Positions 52,065 to 62,455 of a stretch of DNA of 64,000 nt are shown here, in pieces. The notes beneath the pieces are model-generated. The model made no database searches and was not told the DNA's origin. It saw only the letters and a program-made list of their open reading frames with translations. The DNA is from an uncultured Oscillospiraceae bacterium (GTDB lineage Bacteria; Bacillota; Clostridia; Oscillospirales; Ruminococcaceae): the NCBI GenBank assembly GCA_910587465.1, contig CAJUMS010000006.1:1822-65821 (forward strand). The letters run 5' to 3'. Made by a program: the position numbers and the translations under genes. The stretch's first letter is position 1. Every line of letters begins with the position of its first letter.

Positions 52065-53351
52065 ATGACTTTTAAAATAATTACGCTCGGATGTAAGTTG
52101 AATTACTGCGAGAGCGCAGCTATCGCCGAGGGATTTCTCGCGGACGGTTTTGAGAGCGTTTCCGATGGCGAGTTCGCGGATGTGTGCATAATCAACTCCT
52201 GCGCGGTCACGGGAACTGCCGTTGCGAAGGTTCGTCACGAGCTGTCAAAGTGCAGACGGGATAATCCCGACGGCGTAACGGTGCTCTGCGGGTGCTATCC
52301 GCAGAGCTATCCCGAGGAGGCGGCGCTGAATTCGGGCGCGGATATCGTTATAGGCAATGCGGGCAAGGGCAGGCTTGCCGAAACTGTCAGAGCATTTATG
52401 CGCGACAGAGTAAAGACGGTCAAAATAACGCCTTTGGGACGTGAATTTGACGAAAGCTCCTCAGCCCCCGACGAGGATAGGACGCGCGCCTTTATTAAAG
52501 TGGAGGACGGCTGCGACAGGTTTTGCTCGTACTGCATAATCCCGACGGCGAGGGGCAGGGTACGCTCGCTCGCTACCGAGAAGATAACCGCGCAGGCTGT
52601 ACAGTGTGTTGGGCACGGTCACAGGGAGATAGTGCTGACGGGAATAAATCTCGGCTGCTACGGTCAGGAGCTTGGACTTACGCTGTCGGACGCGGTAAAA
52701 GCCGTTGAGAGATCGGGCGTTGAACGCATTCGGCTAAGCTCGCTCGAGCCCGAAATGATCACCGATGAGGAGATCGAAAAGCTGAGGGCGATCGGGACGC
52801 TCTGTCCGCATTTCCACTTATCGCTGCAATCGGGCAGCGATACGGTGCTTAAGCGCATGAACCGCAAATATGATACGGAGCGGTACAGGCACGTCGCGGA
52901 CAGGCTCCGCGGGGCGTTCCCGAATTGCTCGGTCACTACGGATATTATCGTGGGATTTCCCGAGGAAACGGACGAGGAATTTTTGCAGACCGTCGACTTC
53001 GTTAGGGAGATGGGGTTCGCGAAGGTCCACGTGTTCCCGTATTCGCTGAGAAAGGGAACGATAGCCGCGGTGATGAAGCAGGTGCCGCCCTCCGTCAGAA
53101 CCGACCGAGTGAAAATGCTCACCGCCGCCGCAAAGGAAACGGAGCTGAGATTCTGTGATAAGCAGCGCGGCACTGTGCAGACCGTTCTGATAGAAAAGCC
53201 GCAGTCCGCTCAGTATTCGCACGGGTTCACCGAGAATTATACTCCCGTAAGGCTATACGGCGCAGAGATAGAGCGGCATACGCTGGTGAGGACGGAGATA
53301 TTCGCGAGCCGCGACGGGTATTGCCTCGGGCGGGTGTTCGGAGAGAGATAA
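52065..53351 (+). CDS. mtaB: tRNA t6A37 methylthiotransferase
   Basis: TLGCKLN, NSCAVT, GCDRFCSYC, HFHLSLQSG, HVFPYS.R.GT. Confidence 0.9.
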   Translation: MTFKIITLGCKLNYCESAAIAEGFLADGFESVSDGEFADVCIINSCAVTGTAVAKVRHELSKCRRDNPDGVTVLCGCYPQSYPEEAALNSGADIVIGNAGKGRLAETVRAFMRDRVKTVKITPLGREFDESSSAPDEDRTRAFIKVEDGCDRFCSYCIIPTARGRVRSLATEKITAQAVQCVGHGHREIVLTGINLGCYGQELGLTLSDAVKAVERSGVERIRLSSLEPEMITDEEIEKLRAIGTLCPHFHLSLQSGSDTVLKRMNRKYDTERYRHVADRLRGAFPNCSVTTDIIVGFPEETDEEFLQTVDFVREMGFAKVHVFPYSLRKGTIAAVMKQVPPSVRTDRVKMLTAAAKETELRFCDKQRGTVQTVLIEKPQSAQYSHGFTENYTPVRLYGAEIERHTLVRTEIFASRDGYCLGRVFGER

Positions 53352-53453
53352 TTCGTCGAATATATATGGAAAACGGTAAAATTTTATTTGAATGAAAAAT
53401 ATCTGCAATTCGTTTGTTTATCCGTAACGTCAGGCTGTTTGATTATAATGGGG

Positions 53454-53687
53454 TTGTAATTTATACGCGATTGTGGTATAATTAAAGTCGGAGTTTAACG
53501 GCGTTTGGTTCGCCTGCCGAAATGCAATACGGCGGTGTATTAAGGCGCGTTAAATAAAAAGCAAACCTGCGGGGGCGCAGGGGCATAAGGCGTAAGTATT
53601 GGCACAGCCGCAACGCGGCTAAGCGCAGCAAAGGATGTGACGATTGGCTGGTGCGAGCTTTTGCTTTTAAAATTAAGGAGACAAAAA
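53454..53687 (+). promoter_or_regulatory. purL promoter and ~200-nt structured 5' leader
   Basis: TTGTAA-17-TATAAT (53454-53482); nested stems at 53494-53554 and 53557-53668. Confidence 0.55.
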
Positions 53688-56600
53688 ATGGTTTATCGAA
53701 TTTATGTGGAAAAGAAAAAGTTGTTTGCCGTAGACGGCGCGGCTGTGTTGGAGGACTTGACCGTCGTTCTGGGAATGAAGTCGGTCGAGGGCGTGCGCGT
53801 AATCAACCGTTACGACGTTGAGGGTTTGCCGGAGGAGAATTTCAAGAAGGCGGTGCCGACGGTATTCTCCGAGCCGCCCGTTGATGAGGTATTCGAGGAA
53901 CTGCCCGCGCTTTCGGATGACGAGCGTATGTTTGCGGTGGAGTTCCTGCCCGGGCAGTTCGACCAGCGTGCGGATTCGGCGGCGCAGTGTATACAGATGC
54001 TCTGTAAGGGCGACCGCCCGGACGTGAAGTACGCGAAGATATACATTATAAAAGGAAAGCTCACCGATGACGAGTTCATACGTATCAAGCATTATCTGAT
54101 AAATGCGGTAGAGTCGCGCGAGTGCGGCTTTGAGAAAAAAGACACGCTGAAAGTCAGCTACACGATACCGACCGAGGTCGAGACGCTGAACGGATTTATT
54201 GAAAAATCCGACACGGAGCTTGCGGATTTTGTGACAAAGTACGGTCTTGCAATGGACAACGACGATATCAAGTTCTGTCAGGACTATTTTAAGAGCGAGC
54301 ACCGCGACCCTACCATTACCGAAATCCGTATGATAGATACTTACTGGAGCGATCATTGCCGTCACACCACTTTCGGCACGATAATCGACAACGCGGACAT
54401 CAAGCCCGAATACATTGCGAAAACTTACGCCGAGTACAAGGCTGACCGCGAGGAATTAGGGCGCGGAAATAAGCCGATCTGCCTTATGGATATCGCGACA
54501 TTGGCGGCGAAAAAGCTCAAAAGGGACGGACTGCTTACCGACCTCGATGAGAGCGAGGAGATAAACGCCTGCTCGGTTAGGATAACCGTCGACGTTGACG
54601 GCAAGGACGAGGATTGGTTGCTGATGTTCAAGAACGAAACTCATAACCACCCTACCGAGATAGAGCCGTTCGGCGGTGCGGCGACCTGCCTCGGCGGCGC
54701 TATCCGCGATCCGCTTTCGGGGCGTTCCTACGTTTATCAGGCGATGCGCGTGACGGGCGCGTCCGATCCGCTTCTCCCCGTCGAGAAAACTCTCGCGGGC
54801 AAGCTCCCGCCCCGCAAGATCACGACAACGGCAGCTGCGGGGTATTCGTCCTACGGCAATCAGATTGGTCTGGCTACGGGTCACGTTGCAGAGATATACC
54901 ACCACGGCTATATGGCGAAGAGAATGGAGATCGGCGCGGTTGTCGGCGCGGCACCCGTTGAAAACGTCCGCCGCGAGCGCCCCGCGCCCGGCGACGTTAT
55001 AATCCTCCTCGGCGGCAGAACGGGACGTGACGGCTGCGGCGGCGCTACCGGTTCGTCAAAGGCGCACAGTGTTCAGTCGCTGGATAGCTGCGGCGCGGAG
55101 GTTCAGAAGGGCAACGCTCCCGAGGAGCGCAAGCTGCAAAGACTGTTCCGCGATCCCGAGGCAACGCGCCTTATCAAGCGCTGCAACGACTTCGGCGCGG
55201 GCGGCGTTTCCGTCGCTATCGGCGAGCTTGCGGACGGTCTGGAGATCGACCTTAACGCCGTTCCCAAGAAATACGACGGTCTTGACGGCACGGAGCTTGC
55301 AATTTCCGAGAGCCAGGAGAGAATGGCGGTCGTAGTCGCTAAAGAGGATGTTGACAAATTCCGCGCACTGGCTTCAAAGGAAAATCTGGAGAGTACCCCC
55401 GTTGCGGTTGTCAAGGCTGAACCGAGATTGAGGATGAACTGGAACGGAAAGACTATTGTCGATATTTCGCGCGAGTTCCTCAACTCCAACGGCGCGGAAA
55501 AGCACACAGACGTTGCCGTACCCGAGGTCAATGTAACCTATTCCACCGGCAGACGTAACACCCCCGAGGATTGGGAAAACCTAGTTACCGACCTCAACGT
55601 ATGCTCGCAAAGAGGACTTGTTCAGCGCTTTGACAGCACTATCGGCGGCGCTACCGTGCTTATGCCGTTCAGCGGCAGAACGCAGCAGACCCCCGTTCAG
55701 GCAATGGCGGCTAAATTGCCCGTACTCGGCGGAAATACGAAAACAGCCTCGATAATGGGCTGGGGCTTCAATCCAAAGGTATCCGAGCAGTCTCCGTATC
55801 ATGGAGCGGTCTGCGCGGTAGTCGAGAGCATAGCAAAGGTGGTTGCGGCGGGCGGCACCTACGAGAAGTGCTGGCTTACGTTCCAGGAATATTTTGAGCG
55901 TACTCAGGGCAAGGCTGAGCGCTGGGGCAAGCCGTTCTCGGCGCTGCTCGGAGCATACCGCGCACAGCTTGAAATGGGCTGCGGAGCAATCGGCGGCAAG
56001 GACAGCATGAGCGGAACGTTCGAGCATATCGACGTTCCCCCGACACTTGTTTCGTTCGCGGTATCGACGGCTAAGACCGATAATATTATTTCCGCGGAGT
56101 TCAAGTGCCCGTACAGCAAGATCGGCTATATTGTGCCGAAGTATGATGAAAACGGATTGCCAGATTTCGAGAGTGTAAAATCGGTATTCAAGACCGTTGA
56201 AAAGCTTATCGCGAACAAGAAGGCTATCTCGGTATGGAGTGTCGCTAACGGCGGCGTTGCCGAGGGCGTGTTCAAAATGGGTCTCGGAAATCACGTCGGA
56301 GCTAAGCTGGACAACCTCTCCGATGACGAGTTGTTTACTCCCGTTTACGGCGCGTTTATTTTGGAGATTGAGGGCGAGTGTGATGACGTCCGCATTATTG
56401 GCGAGACTATTCCCGAATACGAGATCGTCTCCGGCGATGTTAAGCTCGATATCGCCAAGCTGGAGGAGAAGTGGGACAACGTTCTCGAGCCTGTATTCAA
56501 GCAGAAAACAAGCTTCAAGCCCGCTCCCGAAAAGGTTGAATATACGGGCGGCTGCGAGCTGCTGCTCAATCATAAATCTCCGAAAATCGCTAAGCCGCGC

Positions 56601-57389
56601 GTGCTTATCCCCGTATTCCCGGGCACTAACTGTGAGTACGATACGGCAAAGGCGTTCGAGAAATACGGCGCAAAGGCCGAGATATTCGTTATCAAGAACC
56701 TCTCCGCCGCCGATATCGAGGAGAGTGTGAACGCGTTTGCAAAGCTTATCGAGCAGACGCAGATGATCTCACTTCCCGGCGGCTTCAGCGGCGGCGATGA
56801 GCCCGAGGGCTCGGCGAAGTTCATTAACGCGTTCTTCCGCAACCCCAAGATCATGGAGGAAGTGGAGAATATGCTCCACAAGCGCGACGGCTTGATGATC
56901 GGTATCTGCAATGGCTTCCAGGCGCTGATAAAGCTCGGACTTGTGCCGTTCGGACATATCGTTCCGCTCACCGAGGAAAGCCCCACGCTGACCTACAACG
57001 AGATAGGACGTCACCAGTCGCAGCTCGTTTACACGAAGATATGCACGGACAAATCCCCGTGGCTCGCGAACTGCAAGGTAGGCGATATTCACGCGATACC
57101 CATTTCGCACGGCGAGGGAAGATTTGCCGCTCACGGCGATGTTCTCCGCAAGCTCATAGACAACGGGCAGGTGATCACGCAGTATGTTGACCTCAAGGGC
57201 AACCCCACCATGGACGCGATGTTCAACCCGAACGGTTCCATGTGCGCGGTTGAGGGTATAATCTCCCCCGACGGACGAGTTCTCGGAAAAATGGGTCACA
57301 CCGAGAGACTTACCGACAGCGTTGCAAAGAACGTCGACGGTAACAAGGAGCAGCTGCTGTTCAAGAGCGGCGTAGAGTATTTCAACTGA
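53688..57389 (+). CDS. purL: Phosphoribosylformylglycinamidine synthase (fused, with glutaminase domain)
   Basis: WSDHCRH, ETHNHPTEIEPFGGAAT, DFGAGG, SESQERM, GGKDSMS, GGFSGGD, GICNGFQ, SHGEG, MGH.ER. Confidence 0.97.
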   Translation: MVYRIYVEKKKLFAVDGAAVLEDLTVVLGMKSVEGVRVINRYDVEGLPEENFKKAVPTVFSEPPVDEVFEELPALSDDERMFAVEFLPGQFDQRADSAAQCIQMLCKGDRPDVKYAKIYIIKGKLTDDEFIRIKHYLINAVESRECGFEKKDTLKVSYTIPTEVETLNGFIEKSDTELADFVTKYGLAMDNDDIKFCQDYFKSEHRDPTITEIRMIDTYWSDHCRHTTFGTIIDNADIKPEYIAKTYAEYKADREELGRGNKPICLMDIATLAAKKLKRDGLLTDLDESEEINACSVRITVDVDGKDEDWLLMFKNETHNHPTEIEPFGGAATCLGGAIRDPLSGRSYVYQAMRVTGASDPLLPVEKTLAGKLPPRKITTTAAAGYSSYGNQIGLATGHVAEIYHHGYMAKRMEIGAVVGAAPVENVRRERPAPGDVIILLGGRTGRDGCGGATGSSKAHSVQSLDSCGAEVQKGNAPEERKLQRLFRDPEATRLIKRCNDFGAGGVSVAIGELADGLEIDLNAVPKKYDGLDGTELAISESQERMAVVVAKEDVDKFRALASKENLESTPVAVVKAEPRLRMNWNGKTIVDISREFLNSNGAEKHTDVAVPEVNVTYSTGRRNTPEDWENLVTDLNVCSQRGLVQRFDSTIGGATVLMPFSGRTQQTPVQAMAAKLPVLGGNTKTASIMGWGFNPKVSEQSPYHGAVCAVVESIAKVVAAGGTYEKCWLTFQEYFERTQGKAERWGKPFSALLGAYRAQLEMGCGAIGGKDSMSGTFEHIDVPPTLVSFAVSTAKTDNIISAEFKCPYSKIGYIVPKYDENGLPDFESVKSVFKTVEKLIANKKAISVWSVANGGVAEGVFKMGLGNHVGAKLDNLSDDELFTPVYGAFILEIEGECDDVRIIGETIPEYEIVSGDVKLDIAKLEEKWDNVLEPVFKQKTSFKPAPEKVEYTGGCELLLNHKSPKIAKPRVLIPVFPGTNCEYDTAKAFEKYGAKAEIFVIKNLSAADIEESVNAFAKLIEQTQMISLPGGFSGGDEPEGSAKFINAFFRNPKIMEEVENMLHKRDGLMIGICNGFQALIKLGLVPFGHIVPLTEESPTLTYNEIGRHQSQLVYTKICTDKSPWLANCKVGDIHAIPISHGEGRFAAHGDVLRKLIDNGQVITQYVDLKGNPTMDAMFNPNGSMCAVEGIISPDGRVLGKMGHTERLTDSVAKNVDGNKEQLLFKSGVEYFN

Positions 57390-57399
57390 TAAATAGAAA

Positions 57400-57433
57400 T
57401 TTCCCTGCCGTGGATAACGCGGCGGGGATTTTT
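57400..57433 (+). terminator. purL terminator
   Basis: TCCCTGCCGTG..CGCGGCGGGGA-TTTTT. Confidence 0.7.
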
Positions 57434-57547
57434 TAGAAAAATTTTCCGATAGTTAAAATTTTTTGCAGCGTTTTTAATTTTCCGTCGTATATACAGGTGA
57501 GAGGGCAAAAAACGATTGCTGCGCAGCATTTCGCTTGGAGGACAGAT

Positions 57548-58102
57548 ATGCATACAAAGGAAAAACAGCTCGCCGCAAAGCTCAAAAAGGGCGATACTGC
57601 GGCTCTGAAAGAGATTATCGACTGCTATACGGGATACGTCCGCACCGTTATCCGCAACTTCTCCCGCGGTACGTTATCCGAGCAGGACATTGACGAGCTG
57701 TGTTCCGATGTGTTCTTTTCGTTGTGGCAGCACCGGAAAACTCTTGACGCGAATATCGGCTTTCGCTCCTACCTTTCGGCGGCGGCAAGGAACGCGGTCA
57801 AGGATCGGTTCAAGTCCGCAAAGCCGCCGTGCGACGACATCTCGGAGCTTGAGATACCGAGCGATTTTTCCGTCGAGAACGCCGCCGATATGCGCGAAAT
57901 GCTGCGATGCCTTGACAAGGGACTTTCAACGCTACCGGAAAAGGAAAGCGAGATTTTCGCGAGGTACTACTTCTACGGCGAAAGCACTCCCGAAATAGCG
58001 CGGAAGATGAACATCTCCGAAAGCACCGTCCGCTCCGGGCTCTCCCGAACAAGAACGAAACTTAAAGAGTATTTGACGAAAAGGGGTTTTGATCATGCTT
58101 GA
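57548..58102 (+). CDS. ECF-type RNA polymerase sigma factor
   Basis: Region 2 (D.DE..SDVF..LW, F.SYL..AARN) and region 4 (S..EIA..M..SESTVRS.LSR.R.KL). Confidence 0.92.
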   Translation: MHTKEKQLAAKLKKGDTAALKEIIDCYTGYVRTVIRNFSRGTLSEQDIDELCSDVFFSLWQHRKTLDANIGFRSYLSAAARNAVKDRFKSAKPPCDDISELEIPSDFSVENAADMREMLRCLDKGLSTLPEKESEIFARYYFYGESTPEIARKMNISESTVRSGLSRTRTKLKEYLTKRGFDHA

Positions 58103-58571
58103 AGAATTGCTGAAAAAATGCTTTGACGAGGAAATGTCCGCGGATAAAAGCGCCGAAAATATCAAGACCGCCGTTTTGTCGCGAATAGAGGAGGAAAAAC
58201 CTATGAAACACTTTACTATAAAGCCTTTGCTTATCGCCGCGGCTATCACCGCAACCGGCGCTGTTACTCTCGCGACCGCAAACGCGGCTACCGACGGCGC
58301 GGTAGTTGACAAGATGGTAAGAACGTTCACACTCATTTTGAACGGCGAGGAGGTCGAGGGAACGATAACCGAATATTCCGTCGGCGACGACGGGGCAGCT
58401 AAAAGAGTTGAGGTCGACCTGCCCAAGGGCGCGGTTGACGACAACATGGCGATCTACATTGGAGAGGACGGCGATGCGGGGATAATTGCCAACGACGATA
58501 TCAACTATGCGCAGGTGCTTGGCGAGGACGTTGATATTATGTCCTTTGACAAGGCATATGATTTAATATAA
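58095..58571 (+). CDS. Putative anti-sigma factor (short N-terminus, TM, acidic extracellular domain)
   Basis: Overlaps the sigma stop codon; single hydrophobic helix. Confidence 0.7.
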   Translation: MLEELLKKCFDEEMSADKSAENIKTAVLSRIEEEKPMKHFTIKPLLIAAAITATGAVTLATANAATDGAVVDKMVRTFTLILNGEEVEGTITEYSVGDDGAAKRVEVDLPKGAVDDNMAIYIGEDGDAGIIANDDINYAQVLGEDVDIMSFDKAYDLI

Positions 58572-58597
58572 ATTATAAAAGGGATCATTCCCGTAAC

Positions 58598-58632
58598 AAA
58601 TTCCCCCGAGAGCACTCGGGGGAATAATTTTT
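58598..58632. terminator. Bidirectional terminator
   Basis: ATTCCCCCGAG-AGCA-CTCGGGGGAAT. Confidence 0.75.
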
Positions 58633-59920
58633 ATACGCCAAGCTCCTCGCGGTTGTCTTCGATATCCACGTCAACGCCGAGCGACTTCAAATTCTCAAAG
58701 AACAGGCTTTCAAGCTCGCTTTCCTTGATATTTCTTATCATATTGATATACAGTCGTCCGCCGTAGGAGATTATACCGCAGTTGTTGTGCGAGCGCGACT
58801 GCACTCCCAGCGTGAAGTCAAAGCGCTCAATAAATCTGTCCATTTCCTCGGGGAGCGTTACCCTGCCTAGATTTGACATCGTGATACAAGACTTCTTTTC
58901 GCCTATCATCGAGTACGCCGCCTTCATGCCGAGATTTTTCATAAACAGCGGCAGAATTCTCAGAAACCTGTTCTGCTCCGTCTTGACGTTGGCGGTTACG
59001 CGCGCTTTCATCTGCTTTTCCGTCACCTGTATCTTCATCTGGTGGTGAATTATCTGTATTATTTCCTCAAGAGCGTAGTCTCCCATGCTTGCGTTTATCC
59101 CGGGGGTCACATAAAGCACGAAATTTCTGAACGAGGAGCTTTTGAAGTACTTGCGCAGATTTACCGGAACCAGCACCTTTATCGGCTTTTGTTTCGATTT
59201 ATCGGGAACGTTTTTGTTTTGTATTTCCATAATAGAATATATCATCACCGAAACCAAAAGAGTAGTTAAACTTACGCTGCGCGTCTTTGACGCGGCAAGC
59301 GCGCTGTTCAGGTCGGCTGCACCCGTAATAATGTTTCGCAGACCGTCGGGCTCCTTTGTGCCTTGTATACGGTACGCGGTCTCCTCCTGTCTAGAGCCCG
59401 CGACCTTGCCGTGGTATTTAAGAAAGCTGTCCTCTGACTCGTTTTTGTCGGGCTTGCCCGCTCTGTCGAGAACGCCGTCGATAAACGGTATCTCGACATT
59501 TTCCTTTTGAAGAAGATACTCTGCGGTCAGGGTCTTAAGGAAGATAAGTCCGCCGTTGCCATCGGTAATGGAATGGAAAAATTCCGCGGCGATGCGGTTT
59601 TTGCCGTAAAGAACTCGAAAAGCGCAGGTCTTTATCTCGGACAGCGGCATTATGCTGCACGGCGACGGAGTATCGGGGCGAACCTTCGGCACAACGCTTA
59701 TTTCCTCCAGATAATACCAGAAGAAATTTTTGTCGAGCTTCATCGCCATTGACGGAAACCGCTTTATCGTTACCGCGAGCGCCGACTGCAAAATTATCGG
59801 GTCGACCGCGTCCTTAAGTGTTACCGATAATCTGAAAACGTTGCTCCACTTTCTGTTGCGCACCGCGGGATAAATTTTTGCCGCGTTGTCAAGCGGCAGC
59901 CGAAAACGTTTATCGCTCAT
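58631..59920 (-). CDS. Alcohol acetyltransferase/condensation-domain-like protein
   Basis: LDNAAKIYP, HSITDG (HxxxDG), PVNLR..F.S, SNLG. Confidence 0.85.
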   Translation of the reverse strand: MSDKRFRLPLDNAAKIYPAVRNRKWSNVFRLSVTLKDAVDPIILQSALAVTIKRFPSMAMKLDKNFFWYYLEEISVVPKVRPDTPSPCSIMPLSEIKTCAFRVLYGKNRIAAEFFHSITDGNGGLIFLKTLTAEYLLQKENVEIPFIDGVLDRAGKPDKNESEDSFLKYHGKVAGSRQEETAYRIQGTKEPDGLRNIITGAADLNSALAASKTRSVSLTTLLVSVMIYSIMEIQNKNVPDKSKQKPIKVLVPVNLRKYFKSSSFRNFVLYVTPGINASMGDYALEEIIQIIHHQMKIQVTEKQMKARVTANVKTEQNRFLRILPLFMKNLGMKAAYSMIGEKKSCITMSNLGRVTLPEEMDRFIERFDFTLGVQSRSHNNCGIISYGGRLYINMIRNIKESELESLFFENLKSLGVDVDIEDNREELGV

Positions 59921-60825
59921 TGAAAAGTTCCCCCATATTGATCATTGAATAGCTCACCTATAAAGTCGTTTATTTTTTTGAAGCCGTTCTTTGCCTCGGC
60001 GATATTGTACATAAGATAAACATGCCACATTTCGGGCGCAATATGCAGAGTCGAGCCGCATCCGCATGAGAGCAGTTTTTCATGCAGCGACATGGAATCG
60101 CTGAGCATTATCTCATGCCCTCCCGCCAGTATCATCGACGGCGGCAGTCCCGTCAGGTCGCCGAACAGCGGCGAGACATACGGGTCTTTGAACTGTTCCG
60201 AATAGCTCTCCGCGTAAAAGCGCAGGCGTTTTTCGGTCATCGACGGGTCGTTTGCACGGTTGAATTCATACGAGCTCCCCGACAGCGTAAGATCGCTCCA
60301 CGGCGACAGCGCGATAATTCCGCGCGGCATAGGACAGCCTTCCGCTTTCAGCTTTAAGGACAGCGCGTATATCAGACCGCCTCCCGCCGACTCTCCGCAA
60401 AGGACTATCCTTTCGGACGGAAAGCCGCTTTCGATAAGGAAACGGTATGTATAATACGCGTCGTCAAGTGCGGCAGGAAACCTGTGTTCGGGTGCGAGGC
60501 GGTATTCAAGACAGCATACCTTAATACTCGTTTCTGCGGCTATCAGCGTGCCGAAGCCCCTTGCGTAATCCATGCTCCCCAGAACGTACCCTCCGCCGTG
60601 CAGATACAATATCAGCGCTTCATGCCGCGGACTGCGCGGGATAATGTACTCCGCACGAAGCTTCGCCAAGCCGATGTCCTTATAGCTTACGCATTTCCTG
60701 TGACGGAACGTCAGCGCCTTGCCCATTTTATCCATTGCGATACGGCTCTTGTCAAGCGGACAGATATCCGATAATTTACTTATGGCGGAAAGCTCCGACC
60801 TTAATAATTTTGTATATAATTTCAT
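59917..60825 (-). CDS. HSL-family alpha/beta hydrolase (esterase)
   Basis: HGGGY, YRLAPEH.FPAALDD, GESAGG, M.HV. Confidence 0.93.
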   Translation of the reverse strand: MKLYTKLLRSELSAISKLSDICPLDKSRIAMDKMGKALTFRHRKCVSYKDIGLAKLRAEYIIPRSPRHEALILYLHGGGYVLGSMDYARGFGTLIAAETSIKVCCLEYRLAPEHRFPAALDDAYYTYRFLIESGFPSERIVLCGESAGGGLIYALSLKLKAEGCPMPRGIIALSPWSDLTLSGSSYEFNRANDPSMTEKRLRFYAESYSEQFKDPYVSPLFGDLTGLPPSMILAGGHEIMLSDSMSLHEKLLSCGCGSTLHIAPEMWHVYLMYNIAEAKNGFKKINDFIGELFNDQYGGTFQ

Positions 60826-60923
60826 CCTTTATCCGTTCTTCTAAAAACATTTAACACTATATCTATTATAACATATTTTTTTATATAAATCTACACCTTT
60901 TGCAAATAACAATCGAATATGAA

Positions 60924-60964
60924 AAAAACGGCTGTGCAGTTTGCGGAAAATCGCACAGCCGTTT
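60924..60964 (-). terminator. Terminator after the Ro-like gene
   Basis: AAACGGCTGTGC...GCACAGCCGTTT inverted repeat with a T-run on the minus strand. Confidence 0.7.
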
Positions 60965-60975
60965 ATTTTTTGCGG

Positions 60976-62439
60976 TTAACCAACCGCCGCGTAGCGCTCG
61001 CTTTCGAGAACGCTGTTCATTACGGTTTCGGGGGATATCTCTCCGCCGATCACCATGTCGAAGATTGCGGGAGAAAAGCCCGAAACAAGAGCCGCGCCCG
61101 TGTCCGATATCTTCACGGGGAAGTTCTCCTGAAAGCTGTTGACATTCCAGAAAACCACCTCTGGCAGATTGTAGCCGTGCTCGGCGTAAAGCGCCTTCAT
61201 CGTGTCGAAAAGCGTGCTGTCATTGCCGCCCAAAACGCAGTAATCAAACTCCATATCGGAGATTATGTACATTCGTTCGGGCATTTCGCTCTGCTTTACG
61301 TTATTGTTAATTGCCGCCGAGAGTATCAGGCGAAACGTTGCCTCGAGGTTGGTGTTTGCAACCTCGTTGAACGTCGCGCAGAAGCGGGTTTTTTCAACAA
61401 TATCCGCGCCTTTTATATCCACCAGTCGGGGAGTTGCCGAGAACGTGATGAAGTGATTCGCGAACGCGCCTTTGTTGTGCTCCGCGAAGTAGATGCCCAG
61501 CGAAAGTGCCGCGTCAATGGGGCGAACATTGTTTCGGGGCGCGTAGGTCATCGAGCCGGAGCCGTCCACCACAGCGATGGCGTTGCCGCTTTCGCCGTAA
61601 GCGGGAAGATTTCTCCATGTGGTATCGAGCGAGAGCTTTTCCTGCTCGGAGATCTCGCCGCCCAGACACGCGCGGATAATGTCGTATGGGAACAGCGCAC
61701 CGGCGTTGAGCTTAGCCTCGCCGCTGTTTACGGCGTTGAGGTAGCTCGTGTAGCGCTCGCTGTCGTTGCGCAGGAACGCTTGTCTGTACTTGAAAATGGC
61801 GCAGGAGGGCTGCTTGCCGTAGTCGAACGTATAGTCGCGCTCGCGCAGACGGTTCTCAAGAATGTCCGAGTACTTTCTCAGCTTGGACAGGGTCTGGCGG
61901 TAATGCTTCTCCGTGTGTCCGAGACGCTTTGCGAGAGTTCTCGCGTTTGCTCTCGCGGCAGCGGATGAGGTGTTCACCGAGGGCAGCCACTTTGCCAGCA
62001 GCGAAATTTGACCGCTATTCTCCATTGACTTGATATCCGCATTCAGGCGCTCACGAATAATCTCGACGGCTTTGTTCTCGCACTGGGTGCCGAGCAGGGA
62101 GATGAGGTCGTCGTATCTGCCGTACTCCGCGAACAGAGGAATATTTCTCTCAACGGCAGCGGGAGCGTAAGCCGCCAGCGCCTTTACCGCCGTGCGGAAG
62201 AAACGGCGCTCGCCCAGACCGCCCCTCACGTCACGCGCGAAGAAAACGATCTTCAGGGTCTTGACGGGGTCCTCCGCGTAAGCGCGGATTACCGCCGCCG
62301 CAATCTCATCCTCGGATGCGGAACGCATAGCGCCCGCGCGGAAGAACAGATCAAGACAGAACGAGCCGCTGGTGCGGTTCGTTACTGCGCCGTTCAACGT
62401 GAGAGCATTGTTCATTTTATTGTTAATAAAATTCAACAT
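60976..62439 (-). CDS. DUF2828-type TROVE-like + vWA (Ro60-like) protein
   Basis: N-terminal T.NGA..., LDLFF, RDVRGGLGER..F, AKWLPS; vWA MIDAS VVDGSGSM, ITFS, NTN, ISDMEFD, FWNV, LVSGFSP. Confidence 0.85.
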   Translation of the reverse strand: MLNFINNKMNNALTLNGAVTNRTSGSFCLDLFFRAGAMRSASEDEIAAAVIRAYAEDPVKTLKIVFFARDVRGGLGERRFFRTAVKALAAYAPAAVERNIPLFAEYGRYDDLISLLGTQCENKAVEIIRERLNADIKSMENSGQISLLAKWLPSVNTSSAAARANARTLAKRLGHTEKHYRQTLSKLRKYSDILENRLRERDYTFDYGKQPSCAIFKYRQAFLRNDSERYTSYLNAVNSGEAKLNAGALFPYDIIRACLGGEISEQEKLSLDTTWRNLPAYGESGNAIAVVDGSGSMTYAPRNNVRPIDAALSLGIYFAEHNKGAFANHFITFSATPRLVDIKGADIVEKTRFCATFNEVANTNLEATFRLILSAAINNNVKQSEMPERMYIISDMEFDYCVLGGNDSTLFDTMKALYAEHGYNLPEVVFWNVNSFQENFPVKISDTGAALVSGFSPAIFDMVIGGEISPETVMNSVLESERYAAVG

Positions 62440-62455
62440 TTCAATTCTCCTTTCA

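Noticed and set aside
53557..53620. c-di-GMP-I riboswitch (GCAAACC...GG start)
   Set aside because: Lacks the GNRA tetraloop and the following ACGCAAAG/receptor consensus; kept only as an unassigned leader.
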